Source: a virus (lineage: Duplodnaviria > Caudoviricetes). Taken from it: 40,785 nucleotides of DNA. The stretch spans positions 1 through 40,785 of IMG/VR virus record IMGVR_UViG_3300005805_000175. One strand, written 5' to 3'. Of the stretch, positions 6,918 through 16,696 are shown piece after piece (the stretch's first letter is position 1; every line of letters begins with the position of its first letter). The notes below the pieces were generated by a model, which saw only the letters and a program-made list of their open reading frames with translations, was not told the DNA's origin and ran no database searches. The position numbers and the translations under genes were made by a program.

Positions 6918-9900
6918 TCAGCGTTCCTTATCAATGTTTTTCTTTGCTCCGACGATGGGCTTTACAGGGTTGAGGACTGCCGCCGGGACTGCCGTCACGG
7001 GGGTTAGGGAAATCGCCCTAGCGATGCGCCCAAGCTCCTTGTAAAAATCCTCCATATCATCGGTCTGAAGGATGTCGGAAGAGTGCTTCGCTGCGGTGAT
7101 GGCGTTGCTTCCTGCGGTCACAAGCGGGTTAGAGGAATTGGTGTACGCCCTCTGCCCCGTCATGGAGGACAAGGCTACGTCAATAGCAGTCCCAAGCAGG
7201 AAGAATCCTTGATAAGGGGCAATGGCAAGTGCCTTGGCATACCCTCTTGCCGTCCAGATTTCATCATCATCGTCATCGGAAAATAGATCCCGATAGACGT
7301 TGGAAACCGTCTGCGCCAGAAGCGCCCCCAAGAATACCACTCCGATCCTGCGGAAATGGTCGGCCTTTGATCCCTTGCCGTCCTTGATGCTCTGAACCGC
7401 ATCAATGAGGATGCCGGTCTTTAGTCGGGCATCGGATGCGAACATATAGAGCAGCTTCATGGTTGCACCGGCATTGTTCTCCACGGGGGACTTGGCGCTG
7501 AACATCACGGGTTGCGAGAACCTCCAGATAGCGGCATCCATTGCGTCAAGCGCACGGGCCTCTGCTTCCTTTTCGGATAGGCCGGCCTTTAATGCTTTGG
7601 CATGGGCATCAGAGTAGACCATTGCGGACGACAGCGAGGTCAGCGCCCCGTCAGCGTATTGCATGGGCTTGAGTCCTGCCGCCCCCACTCCATACCAGGC
7701 AGACAGGAACTTGTTAGGCGTCATGCCGGCCTGCTTGAGCGCGAACCTTGCGGCGGGATTGCTACCCTCAAGGACGCGGTTCTGAACGGTCTCGGAGTGC
7801 CATGCGGCAGGCACAGACTCCAGAACCCTCTGCGGGTTGGTGATCGCCCTCATGACGTCCTTCAGCGGCATGGCGTACAGGAAGCGAGTCACCGAATCAA
7901 ACTGGTTGAAGATGGTCTTGAGGTTGTAGCCCATCGAAGCAACGGCAGTCCCAGAGGTTGCGGCTCCTAGCCACTTCTTCATGTATGCGGCATCGGTGTT
8001 GACGCCTCCGCCCTTGGCAATGTTGTCGAGAACCTGACTCATCAACTCGGAAAGCCTCTTCCCGTTCTCCTGCTTCATGGAGAGGCGGACATTCTTGCCG
8101 TTCAGCACGACACTCATCTCGCGGTGAAGCTCGGCAAAGGCTACCCATTGAGCCTGCTCTGATGACCTCTGCTGGTAGATTTGGGTGGCGGGGGTAATCT
8201 TGAACACCTCGTTGTGCGTAACCCTAGCCTTGGCAAAACTCGGAGTGGTCGTGTTCTGGGTTGGGGAACCATCTGGAGACATCTCTCCGCTTGCCTTGCG
8301 TGACTCATAGGAAGTCGGAGCATAGTCGGGATTATCGGGCAGACTCATGCCAAACATCCGAGAATAGACGGGGTTAATCTCCTTGGTGGAGTTGCGGTAG
8401 AAATCCTTGAGGTAGTCCCTGAAGGCAGTAGCCACTTTGGAGGAGGCAATCTCTTTAACCATCTGGTCGTAGCTCTCCTGCGTCCACCCGGAGTTCTCCA
8501 TCTTGACTCGGACATCGGCCTGCTCCCATGCCATCGTGGTAAAGATCATCTCGTCTAGGGTCATCGGGATCGACTCGGTGCGCCCCTCCTCAATGACCCT
8601 GTAAATGCTGATGTGCTTCCTGCGCGACTCTATCGGCATGGCGATGAGGGCATCCTCCATCTGCTTGATGTCGGCCTTTGTGTATTCTCCACGGGCCATC
8701 TCGCCTCTGACCAACTGCTCGGCCTTATCAATGGGAATGTTGTCTAGCTCGACCTGTCGCCCCTCCAGCTTGGAGACCTTGCCCTCACGCTTCTCGCCTA
8801 GTTCGGAGAGGGCATCGGAAGTCTTCATGAATCCCTTGCTGCCGGCACCCTTCTGAATTGCCTGCACAAGATTCTGCCAGTTCTTCAAGGCTGCGGCCTC
8901 GGTCTTGCCATTTGCCCTGCGGATGCGGTCTGACCACTCCTCAACGATACCCTGCGCTTCTGGAGGCAGGATGCGGCGTAGGATCTGCTCATAAGAGGCG
9001 TGACTCCATACCATCTGACGGGCGAGGTCTTTGGTTTCCTCCCACCATCCGGGGGAGTTCACCTTGTTCAGGCCGGCATCAGTCCAGCCAGGGAGTGCTT
9101 CAGAGATTACCCCCTGTTTCTCGCGGATGTCGTCGATCCTAGCCTGCTCTGCGGCCCTTCTCGCGGTCCGTCCACCGGCAATCTCTTTCTTGAGGTAATC
9201 AAGTGCGGCCTTGAGTCGTAAGGATGACTGCTCGGCAAGCGCCCCGAAGGTGTTAGTGATGGCCCATGCTTCCACAAGGTCAGCTTCCTTCTTGGGGTCG
9301 TCGGCCTTGGCGATCTGCTTTTCAAGGGACTCTAGGCGCTCCACCGCGGCGTCGTTGTCCAGCAAGGATGCCTCGTAAGCTTTGTCTGCGAACTCTTGGA
9401 CAACTGCCCCAAGGGTGGACTTCTTGACTCCGCTATCGCCCTTCCTCGGCTTGGCATTCTGAAGGGTGGTTTGAATCTTCTCTAGGTACCCATCCTTGAG
9501 GAGCTTTTCGAGGGCTTTGTCGGCCATCTCGATCCTCTTGAGCAGGACTTTCGTGCGGCCGGCATCGGTGGATTTTGTCAGGATTTCCCTGTAACCTCCG
9601 ACCTTGCCTCGGATCTCCATCGGGAGGGCTTTGATGACCGCCTCAAGCTCTCCGATGCTCTGGATCATCTGGGTGTATTTCTCGCCTCCATCGGCCTTCG
9701 GGGGCTGGATCTTGGCCTCATTCTCGATGGCCTTGATCTTCTCGTCGTACTTCTGGCGGATTCCCTTCTCGATGATGGCAGCACGGTCTTTTGCTTGGGC
9801 GTTGATGCTCCTCTTTTCGGATGGGGTTGCTCCCTCGATCTTGCCCATGAACTTTGCAGCATTGGCGTCCATGGCGTTTCGGATCTCGGCTTCCTCCTCT

Positions 9901-12900
9901 GCGTGGAGGTCTGCGATTCTGGCGGCTCTGTCGGCTTCTGCTGCTTGCTCCGATTCGCTGGTCTGGTACTCGCGGCCTTCGCGCAGAGCCAGCATGTCGG
10001 CGTTGTTCCTGGCCATCACTCGGTCCAGGTTTGCTCTCATGCGCTCGTAGACGGCCAGGCGTGTGTCAGGGCTACGGTTGAGGTGCTTTTCTACCTGGGC
10101 GTTGAGTCGGTCTAGCTGCTCCTTTGTCGTGAGGCTATATGCTGTGGACCCTCCGGTTTCAGTCAACGGAGAAGAAGAGGAGTTGCGATCTCCGGCTCCC
10201 TGTGGCACATTGCTTAGGGCATCTAGTGCTGTCGGGTAGCCCGAATCCTTGGATTCGAGTCCGGCTTGAAGGCTAGATGCTCCTTTTTTTTCCGTATAGC
10301 TGTCGTAGAAAAACTGACCGTTGTTCAGTTCTCTGGCCTTAATGATGAAGGTATGGGGCCGTCCGTCGATCTCTGCGGTCGCCTGGTAAATGTGCCAGGC
10401 CTTGACTTCGTCTTTTCCATGGCGGTCTGGTTCGCTTCCCAGGTATTTGGAGTTGGCGATCATTTCCTTGATGCCAGCTAGTCCTATGAGTTCTTCTGGT
10501 TGTCTCGTCTTGCTGGTGACTTTCTTTTCGCCTTTGCGATCAAATCCGATCTCGGTCCCTGTCTCATTTTGGGTGACCTTCTGTCCTCGCAGCTTGCTCA
10601 TGAAATCCCTCGCCTTTTTGCGTAGGGTTTCTATGGCGTGGTCGGTTCCGAATTCGTCCCCTTTGAGTCGCACGGCGTAGGAAATCTCTGGTGCGGCTTG
10701 TTCCACTCCCCTCACCATTTCCGTGGTCACTCTGGCCGTGTGGCTGTCGATCATGGCCTCTTCCGGGAGGCCTACGCTCTTGGCTAGGAATGTTTGGAAG
10801 TTCGCATCAACTTTTCCGGCATCAATGGCTGCACGGAGCACCTTGGCTTTGGCGAGAACGTGCTGAAAGTAGACGAGCATCTTTTTGAAAAGGCCGCGCA
10901 TTCCCTGGGGGATGCTCTCGATCTTGCGGATTCGGCCTGCAAGGTAGGCTTCTCCTATCTTGGTGACGGTCTCTCGGATCTGTTGGGCGCTATGCTGTCC
11001 CCCCTCTGGGATCTCTGGGAGCCATGGGGTTCCTGTAGCCTTTTCGGTCTGCTTGCACCACTCGAGGAACTGTTCCTGTGAGATCCGGCCTTCATGGAGA
11101 GCGGCCATGACCTCTCCGTCTAGGCGTTCATGCACCATCGTGTCTGCTCGGCCATCAAGAACGAGGATGGTGTCGCTGTAGATCTGACGCGATAGGTCCG
11201 GGATCGTTTTCCCCTTGATCACCACCTGGTCGAGAGGGGTTCCGGCTGGGATTTCCTCCTGGTGCATGCGCTCTGCAAGCTGTTCGGTGCTCTGTCCAGC
11301 AGCTGCTTCATCTGCAGCGGTCACGGTTTTTGTGTCGATGGTGTACGTGCGCTCTCTCCCCTGCTCTTTGTCTACCCCCTTGAAAAACTCCATGAGGCTG
11401 TTGAGATGCCCTCTCTGGGCACTTGCTGCATCCTGGGATGCTACCCTGTAGTAATGGACGGCAGCTTCTGGGTCGGTCGTCTGGATCTTTTGGTTTCCCT
11501 GTTCGTCCAGAACGGTGAAGACCTTGTTTCCCGTGGCTTGTCCGTTGACCACTTCGTCCTCGACGCGCATCGTCGGAGTGGTCGGATCGGCCTGCATTTT
11601 TGCATCACCTTGGATGCGCTCAGTGATCATTTCAGCTCCGCTTTTGATGTCCTCTTGGCTGCGTGAATCCCACCCTTCTTGGATAGCTCGTGTTCTCTCA
11701 CGTGGGTCTTCGATCTTGGATATGCGATCGGCTTCAGCCTGCGTAAATCCGGCCTCGCGCAGTCCTCTTGCGCTGGCTGTCATTTCGGCTCCCCTCTTGA
11801 AATCGGAATGGGTGGCGACGCTTGCACCGATCAACACAAAGGGAAGGACGCTAAAAAGAGCCTCCGGCGTGCTCTGAGCGTAGGCCTGCAGGGATTGCTT
11901 GAGGTCAAACTCTGGCATGTCTTCCCCGACCGCTTTGGCGATCCCATCGACCATGATCGGCATGGCGCTTTGAAGCATTACGGCTGCTCCCTGTTCGGCC
12001 ATCTGGCCTGTCATGTTGATCCCCATGCGGATGATGGGGTTCATCTGCGGGTTCCCGAGGGTCTTTAGGTACCCTCCAAGGACGGGGAGCTTTCCGAGGA
12101 TCGCTCCGGCTCGAAGGTTCATGAGCAGGGTCTGGGGTGCGGCTGAAAGGGTAGCCATCGTGCTGATGTGCTCGATTGGCACGTTTGGGTAGGCGAGGGC
12201 CATTCGATCCACTTCTTGTCCGTAGATTGCGGTTCCCACCAGGGGCAGTCCTATTTCCGGCTGAAGGAGGGAGGTTGCCAGGAGTGGGAGTGATCCAGCG
12301 GCTCCGTAGAGCCCCTGTTCCAGGCTGTGCCACATCCACGTGCTGGATGGCTTGATCGGGTCGATTCCCTCGCTGGCGAGGCTGCGAAGCTCTCGAACGG
12401 TGACGATATGCTTGATCTTCTCCTGGAGCTGGGCGGTCAGCTCGGCGTTCTTCTCCGGGGTGATCTCCGTGAAGTTCCTAGAGTCGGCTCCGGCAGTAGG
12501 GTCATTCCTTACGACATCGGCTCCCGATTTCGGGATGATGACTTCATTGGGTGTTCCGGCGTTAGCTAGGACGGCGGTTCCATCCTTGAGCATGTTGAGC
12601 TTTGCTTGGGCTTCACGCTGCTGCACTGCTAGGTCAATTGAACCGACCGATCCTGTGATGCTGCGTCCGATGGATTCTGCAGCCTGTGTCCAGAATCCCT
12701 TACTCTGTCCCGTCCTGGTAGCATAGATCTGCGCGACAGTGTAGAGGGCGGCTTTCTGCTCTGGTGGCAAGTCCTGGATGCTGGAGGCGATGGCTTGAAT
12801 GTCTCCAGGGTTCCCTACGGGAGCGTCGGGGCGTCCAGTTTCGGCAGCGAGGGCGTCAAAGATGGCCTTTGCTTGTGGAGCAATCCCGGCAATCTTATCG

Positions 12901-13550
12901 GCAGTTGACTCGTAGAGATCCTGGTATTTCTTCTGAACCTCGGCTTCCGGGATACCTTGGATGGCTGGCTGGTTGCTTTCCTTCCAAGCTGCAAACTTGC
13001 TGAGGTAGTCAGTCGGGGTTCCTGTTGCGATGTCATGGAAGGCATCGACCACGGCGTCGGAGGCAAGGTTCCCGAAGGCCTCCCGCTGAACCTTCTTTTG
13101 CGAGACTTCCTGGGCGATCAGATCGTAAAGCTGGCGGTCATTCTGGACGCTTTTCCCATGGAACTGCTGGGCATACCCAGCCCGGACATCCGGCCAGTTT
13201 TGGCCGATTTCTTCCATACTCTTCCCTGTCAGGTGCGACAGGTAGGCCATGTTGACCGCTCCGGCCTTTGTCTCATCTGGGGATGTGCTCTGTAGGAATA
13301 TCGGGTCATTCTTGATGGCCGCTGCGTGGCCTCCCATCGTGTCAAAGTTGGAGAAGATATCCTCGAACTTCTTGTCTGCTGCAGCTTTCGCTTCAGCGTC
13401 CTTGGAGTCTGCCCAGGCGTTGAGCTGTGGACGCATGGCGTCTTGCTCCTCGGGGGTGGCAGTGTCCCATTTGTCGTAAAGGCGGGAAGCTGTGGCGTCG
13501 TCGACGGGAGGGTTCGGAAGGAGTGCGCTTCCTTGGAGTGGGTTGATCAT
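6918..13550 (-). CDS. Giant internal virion/ejection protein (polyvalent; LPD3/BECR-like and degenerate zincin-like domains)
   Basis: 2210 aa from the ATG at 13550 (ATGA overlap). Sits in the T7 gp16-equivalent position. Internal VTQNETGTEIGF...WHIYQATAEIDG...IIKARE..NGQFFYD segment. Confidence 0.85.
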   Translation of the reverse strand: MINPLQGSALLPNPPVDDATASRLYDKWDTATPEEQDAMRPQLNAWADSKDAEAKAAADKKFEDIFSNFDTMGGHAAAIKNDPIFLQSTSPDETKAGAVNMAYLSHLTGKSMEEIGQNWPDVRAGYAQQFHGKSVQNDRQLYDLIAQEVSQKKVQREAFGNLASDAVVDAFHDIATGTPTDYLSKFAAWKESNQPAIQGIPEAEVQKKYQDLYESTADKIAGIAPQAKAIFDALAAETGRPDAPVGNPGDIQAIASSIQDLPPEQKAALYTVAQIYATRTGQSKGFWTQAAESIGRSITGSVGSIDLAVQQREAQAKLNMLKDGTAVLANAGTPNEVIIPKSGADVVRNDPTAGADSRNFTEITPEKNAELTAQLQEKIKHIVTVRELRSLASEGIDPIKPSSTWMWHSLEQGLYGAAGSLPLLATSLLQPEIGLPLVGTAIYGQEVDRMALAYPNVPIEHISTMATLSAAPQTLLMNLRAGAILGKLPVLGGYLKTLGNPQMNPIIRMGINMTGQMAEQGAAVMLQSAMPIMVDGIAKAVGEDMPEFDLKQSLQAYAQSTPEALFSVLPFVLIGASVATHSDFKRGAEMTASARGLREAGFTQAEADRISKIEDPRERTRAIQEGWDSRSQEDIKSGAEMITERIQGDAKMQADPTTPTMRVEDEVVNGQATGNKVFTVLDEQGNQKIQTTDPEAAVHYYRVASQDAASAQRGHLNSLMEFFKGVDKEQGRERTYTIDTKTVTAADEAAAGQSTEQLAERMHQEEIPAGTPLDQVVIKGKTIPDLSRQIYSDTILVLDGRADTMVHERLDGEVMAALHEGRISQEQFLEWCKQTEKATGTPWLPEIPEGGQHSAQQIRETVTKIGEAYLAGRIRKIESIPQGMRGLFKKMLVYFQHVLAKAKVLRAAIDAGKVDANFQTFLAKSVGLPEEAMIDSHTARVTTEMVRGVEQAAPEISYAVRLKGDEFGTDHAIETLRKKARDFMSKLRGQKVTQNETGTEIGFDRKGEKKVTSKTRQPEELIGLAGIKEMIANSKYLGSEPDRHGKDEVKAWHIYQATAEIDGRPHTFIIKARELNNGQFFYDSYTEKKGASSLQAGLESKDSGYPTALDALSNVPQGAGDRNSSSSPLTETGGSTAYSLTTKEQLDRLNAQVEKHLNRSPDTRLAVYERMRANLDRVMARNNADMLALREGREYQTSESEQAAEADRAARIADLHAEEEAEIRNAMDANAAKFMGKIEGATPSEKRSINAQAKDRAAIIEKGIRQKYDEKIKAIENEAKIQPPKADGGEKYTQMIQSIGELEAVIKALPMEIRGKVGGYREILTKSTDAGRTKVLLKRIEMADKALEKLLKDGYLEKIQTTLQNAKPRKGDSGVKKSTLGAVVQEFADKAYEASLLDNDAAVERLESLEKQIAKADDPKKEADLVEAWAITNTFGALAEQSSLRLKAALDYLKKEIAGGRTARRAAEQARIDDIREKQGVISEALPGWTDAGLNKVNSPGWWEETKDLARQMVWSHASYEQILRRILPPEAQGIVEEWSDRIRRANGKTEAAALKNWQNLVQAIQKGAGSKGFMKTSDALSELGEKREGKVSKLEGRQVELDNIPIDKAEQLVRGEMARGEYTKADIKQMEDALIAMPIESRRKHISIYRVIEEGRTESIPMTLDEMIFTTMAWEQADVRVKMENSGWTQESYDQMVKEIASSKVATAFRDYLKDFYRNSTKEINPVYSRMFGMSLPDNPDYAPTSYESRKASGEMSPDGSPTQNTTTPSFAKARVTHNEVFKITPATQIYQQRSSEQAQWVAFAELHREMSVVLNGKNVRLSMKQENGKRLSELMSQVLDNIAKGGGVNTDAAYMKKWLGAATSGTAVASMGYNLKTIFNQFDSVTRFLYAMPLKDVMRAITNPQRVLESVPAAWHSETVQNRVLEGSNPAARFALKQAGMTPNKFLSAWYGVGAAGLKPMQYADGALTSLSSAMVYSDAHAKALKAGLSEKEAEARALDAMDAAIWRFSQPVMFSAKSPVENNAGATMKLLYMFASDARLKTGILIDAVQSIKDGKGSKADHFRRIGVVFLGALLAQTVSNVYRDLFSDDDDDEIWTARGYAKALAIAPYQGFFLLGTAIDVALSSMTGQRAYTNSSNPLVTAGSNAITAAKHSSDILQTDDMEDFYKELGRIARAISLTPVTAVPAAVLNPVKPIVGAKKNIDKER

Positions 13551-15517
13551 GAGTTTTTGGTTAGAATCTGGTATCCGATGACGGCGACCCCGTCTTTTTT
13601 GTGGCCTTTGGTGGCAGTCCACATGTCCCAGCGACCACGGAGCGGGGCTTTTCCTTCAGCTTTGCGGCGTGAGTCTTGAGATGTGCTGTCGTTGAATTTG
13701 GCGTCGATGTACTCTCCGTCTGCTAGGTAGATGCGGATCGGGTCTCCAGTTTTGGCTCCTTGGCTCTGAAGGTGCTCCTGGACATCTGGGCTGGCTGCGA
13801 AGTCTCCGGATTGGAGTTGGTTCTCGTGGTTTCCGATGACTCCATCTTTTGCGATGGTTCCATCTTTGTTTTTCACTTCTGTAGGCCAGTAGTTGGTGAT
13901 CTTGCTCCCCTTTGGTGCCGGGATGGCTCCGGCAGGAAGTTCCCCAGGGGCTGCTTTAGGTATCGTGATCTTTGATCGGACGTCATTTGGCGTCAGACTA
14001 GGGTTCTCCCCCATCCCCTGTTTGAAGTTGTTGAGCCAGTTGCTGAAGAATCCTGGGGCTGCTGGCTGCGTGAGCCCTTTACCGATGACTTTCTTCTGGG
14101 CATCCGTGAGCTGGTCGTTGATCCAGGTGTTGATTCCCTGGTTCGTGTTTGGAACTTTCCCTTGTTTGATGGCCTCCAGCAGGGAGTCTTTGAAATCCAT
14201 CATCTTCCCGTAGGCGTCGGTCTGCTTACCAAGCTCTGCAGGGTTGACCATTCCGGTCGTGGCGTCCTTCTTGACGTTGAACTGGCCGAAGGCTCCGTTT
14301 TCGTAGAGGGAGTTGATCCTGCTGAATCCGGCATTCTGGATTTTCTCGTCGATGGTCAGTCCCTTCCCCGAGGCGGAGCGCTGGATCTTCTGATAGAGTT
14401 GGCTTTCCATGGATCCCCTCCACTGGGTTCCGACGTTCTGGTTGACGTCGCTTTTGATGGCGAGCCACTTGGTCTGAAAGTCTTGATATCCTGGGTCTTT
14501 CGGTCCCTTGGGATCGAGGTTGTCGATATCGTTCTGGATGCGCAGCCATGTGTCAGGAGATGGCCCCATGGTGTTCTTCATCCTGTTCTGGAGTGCTTTT
14601 AATGAGACGTCATCGAGCGTCGTTCCAGCGGCTTTCTTCAGCTGCTCGCTGTCAGTGATTTCCCCGGAGTCGATCTGGTTTTCTAGCGTTCTGGTTGCGT
14701 CGATCCTCTGGCGGTTCACCTCGGCGCGGGCGGTTTCAGTCAGGCGGGAGAGTTCGATGGGGTTGGCTCCCTTGAAGGTGTCACTTTTGCCTGTTTTGAG
14801 GTCTGCTTGGAGGGTCAGAAGGGCTGCTTGCGGGTCTGCGTTGATCGTCTGTTGCCACCCGGTTTTCTTTTGCTCCTCCTGGATCTTTAGAATGTGGGAG
14901 TCGGCTTCCTGTTGCGAGAAAAGGTGGCTTTTCACTCCGTTTTGGATCCGCTCAATCGCTCCGTCGTAGCTACCATTGCTGACGTCTCCCTGGGTAGCTG
15001 TAAGAACGTTGCTCCGCATATCAGCGATGTTCTGCTTCTGGGCTGCGCTCCTGACCATGATTCCCGTTGTGGCTAGGTATCGCACCATCTCAGGTGATGC
15101 TTTGCTTTTGGCAGCTGGTGAAATATTCAGTGCATCGAGGCTTTTCTGAAGTTCTGGGATGCTCTCTTGGTAGATCTTTTCGTACTGATCAGCTGGCGCA
15201 GTTGCCATTTTGTTCTTGAGGTCTTCCGTGTGCTTGAGCTTGACCACGTCAACTTGCGCCATGTCGCTTGCTGTCTTGGCTCGGCTCATGGCATCTGCGA
15301 ACTGGTTCAGCGGTGTTGCCAGTTGGCCTATGCCTGTTCCAATGGCCTGCATTCCCCTGGCTTCTCCACTGAAGGCGTCCAGCGGCATGGATTCCTGTCG
15401 GAGCCTGTTCATCCCTTGAATGACTGGTGAGGCATCCAGAAGAGTCGGATCCATCACTCCAGGGTTCCCTGGTAGTCCTGGTGCGTTCGGGATAGATGCG
15501 ATGTCGATGCGTGCCAT
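13547..15517 (-). CDS. Internal virion protein (gp15-like position) with C-terminal 3D/DPBB-like domain
   Basis: Helical body; C-terminal KITNY...FAASPD...GDPIRI...ND...GRWDMW. Confidence 0.75.
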   Translation of the reverse strand: MARIDIASIPNAPGLPGNPGVMDPTLLDASPVIQGMNRLRQESMPLDAFSGEARGMQAIGTGIGQLATPLNQFADAMSRAKTASDMAQVDVVKLKHTEDLKNKMATAPADQYEKIYQESIPELQKSLDALNISPAAKSKASPEMVRYLATTGIMVRSAAQKQNIADMRSNVLTATQGDVSNGSYDGAIERIQNGVKSHLFSQQEADSHILKIQEEQKKTGWQQTINADPQAALLTLQADLKTGKSDTFKGANPIELSRLTETARAEVNRQRIDATRTLENQIDSGEITDSEQLKKAAGTTLDDVSLKALQNRMKNTMGPSPDTWLRIQNDIDNLDPKGPKDPGYQDFQTKWLAIKSDVNQNVGTQWRGSMESQLYQKIQRSASGKGLTIDEKIQNAGFSRINSLYENGAFGQFNVKKDATTGMVNPAELGKQTDAYGKMMDFKDSLLEAIKQGKVPNTNQGINTWINDQLTDAQKKVIGKGLTQPAAPGFFSNWLNNFKQGMGENPSLTPNDVRSKITIPKAAPGELPAGAIPAPKGSKITNYWPTEVKNKDGTIAKDGVIGNHENQLQSGDFAASPDVQEHLQSQGAKTGDPIRIYLADGEYIDAKFNDSTSQDSRRKAEGKAPLRGRWDMWTATKGHKKDGVAVIGYQILTKNS

Positions 15518-15522
15518 AGTTT

Positions 15523-16263
15523 TTATTCTGTTGCTCTGGAAACCGTGGCGTTCACTGACTTTCCTGGGTACTTGTACGTTGCTAGCGTTCCTCCGATCTG
15601 GCTTACTCCGTTGAGAAGGGTTCCGTAGCTTGCGAGTCGTGTTCCCCCTGCGGTGTTGAGGTTGGACATGCGGGTCAGGTTGTTCCTTTGGCTGTCGAGA
15701 TCTGCTTGGATTCCTGCGAGGTCAAATGTCGCAGCAGAATTGCTTTCCATCATGGACGCCTTGTATCTGGAGTCGGCGGCGCTGGCGTTAGCCTTGTACC
15801 GAGTGTCCATGGCTCCAAGGTTGGCCGAGTAGATAGCGTCATTTGCTTGGAGTTCGTAGGTTGTCGCGGTGTCGGAAAGGATAGCTAGTGGGCTTCCCTC
15901 GACCTGCACCCCGCTTGCGGCAAATTGTCCCCTCTGAACGGCAAGAAGGCGTTCTTTCTCCATTCTGGTACGCTTGGCCTGTTCGAGCCCTTGGGCTTCT
16001 TGGGCGGCGGCATACTGTCTTCCCTGGGCTTCCTGGGCAGCGGCGTAGTTCCGCATCGTTCCAGCATTGGATTCATTCACCTGTCGCTGGTAGTCGGCCA
16101 TCTTCTGCTGAACCGCTATGTTCTGCTGCTGAACCTCGTAGTTGTATTGAGCCATGCGCTCTTGCTGCGCGGCCTGCTGCTGCTGTCCGTAGTATTGCAT
16201 ACCTGCGGAGGCGGCAGTTGCGGCTAGGGAAACGATGAGGAGTGGTACGGCTGCTTGTGGCAT
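15523..16263 (-). CDS. Internal virion protein (gp14-like)
   Basis: Hydrophobic N-terminus, Q/A-rich helix, and FAASGVQVEGSPL motif. Confidence 0.8.
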   Translation of the reverse strand: MPQAAVPLLIVSLAATAASAGMQYYGQQQQAAQQERMAQYNYEVQQQNIAVQQKMADYQRQVNESNAGTMRNYAAAQEAQGRQYAAAQEAQGLEQAKRTRMEKERLLAVQRGQFAASGVQVEGSPLAILSDTATTYELQANDAIYSANLGAMDTRYKANASAADSRYKASMMESNSAATFDLAGIQADLDSQRNNLTRMSNLNTAGGTRLASYGTLLNGVSQIGGTLATYKYPGKSVNATVSRATE

Positions 16264-16267
16264 GGCT

Positions 16268-16693
16268 TTATTCGGTGAGAGTTCCCATTCTGATGAGGTT
16301 GGCATCCCCCCCCTTGAATCCCTCGGATCGAAGGAATCGAGCAATGGGAGCGATCGCGTGGGTAAGGATGAAGAAGTACCCCATCTTATTTGCTGACTCC
16401 TTAAGGAACCGGACGCCATGTCGGAGTGCTTTGTGGGCCTTTTGAAGACTGAGCCCCGGTGCGGTCACTCCGTGTTCCAGGAATCCCACCCCTGTAGAGT
16501 TGTCCATGTAGAGGAACATGGCGGCTTGAGGTGTTGGATCTGCTCCCTCCTTATGTTCTTCGATGATGATCCCGAGCTTCGGGAGGATATTTCTGGGTGC
16601 AGGAACTGCTCCATGCTCGTTCCACCACCAGCAGAGCATGGGGTAATCCTCCGGCGTGTAGTCTCTGAGTTGAAGGAATGGGATGGTGCTCAT
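16268..16693 (-). CDS. Putative GNAT-fold protein (T7 gp13-like position)
   Basis: Lies between the nozzle and gp14-like genes; begins LRDYTPEDYPML..WW. Confidence 0.55.
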   Translation of the reverse strand: MSTIPFLQLRDYTPEDYPMLCWWWNEHGAVPAPRNILPKLGIIIEEHKEGADPTPQAAMFLYMDNSTGVGFLEHGVTAPGLSLQKAHKALRHGVRFLKESANKMGYFFILTHAIAPIARFLRSEGFKGGDANLIRMGTLTE

Positions 16694-16696
16694 GCT

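Noticed and set aside
10283-10291. A-run (GAA AAA AAA GGA on the minus strand) as a programmed frameshift after the LPD3-like domain
   Set aside because: The frame stays open, EKK codons explain the run, and there is no independent evidence.
15986-16048. Tandem YAAAQEAQG repeat in the gp14-like gene
   Set aside because: Real, but an ordinary 33-bp in-frame duplication in a helical protein.
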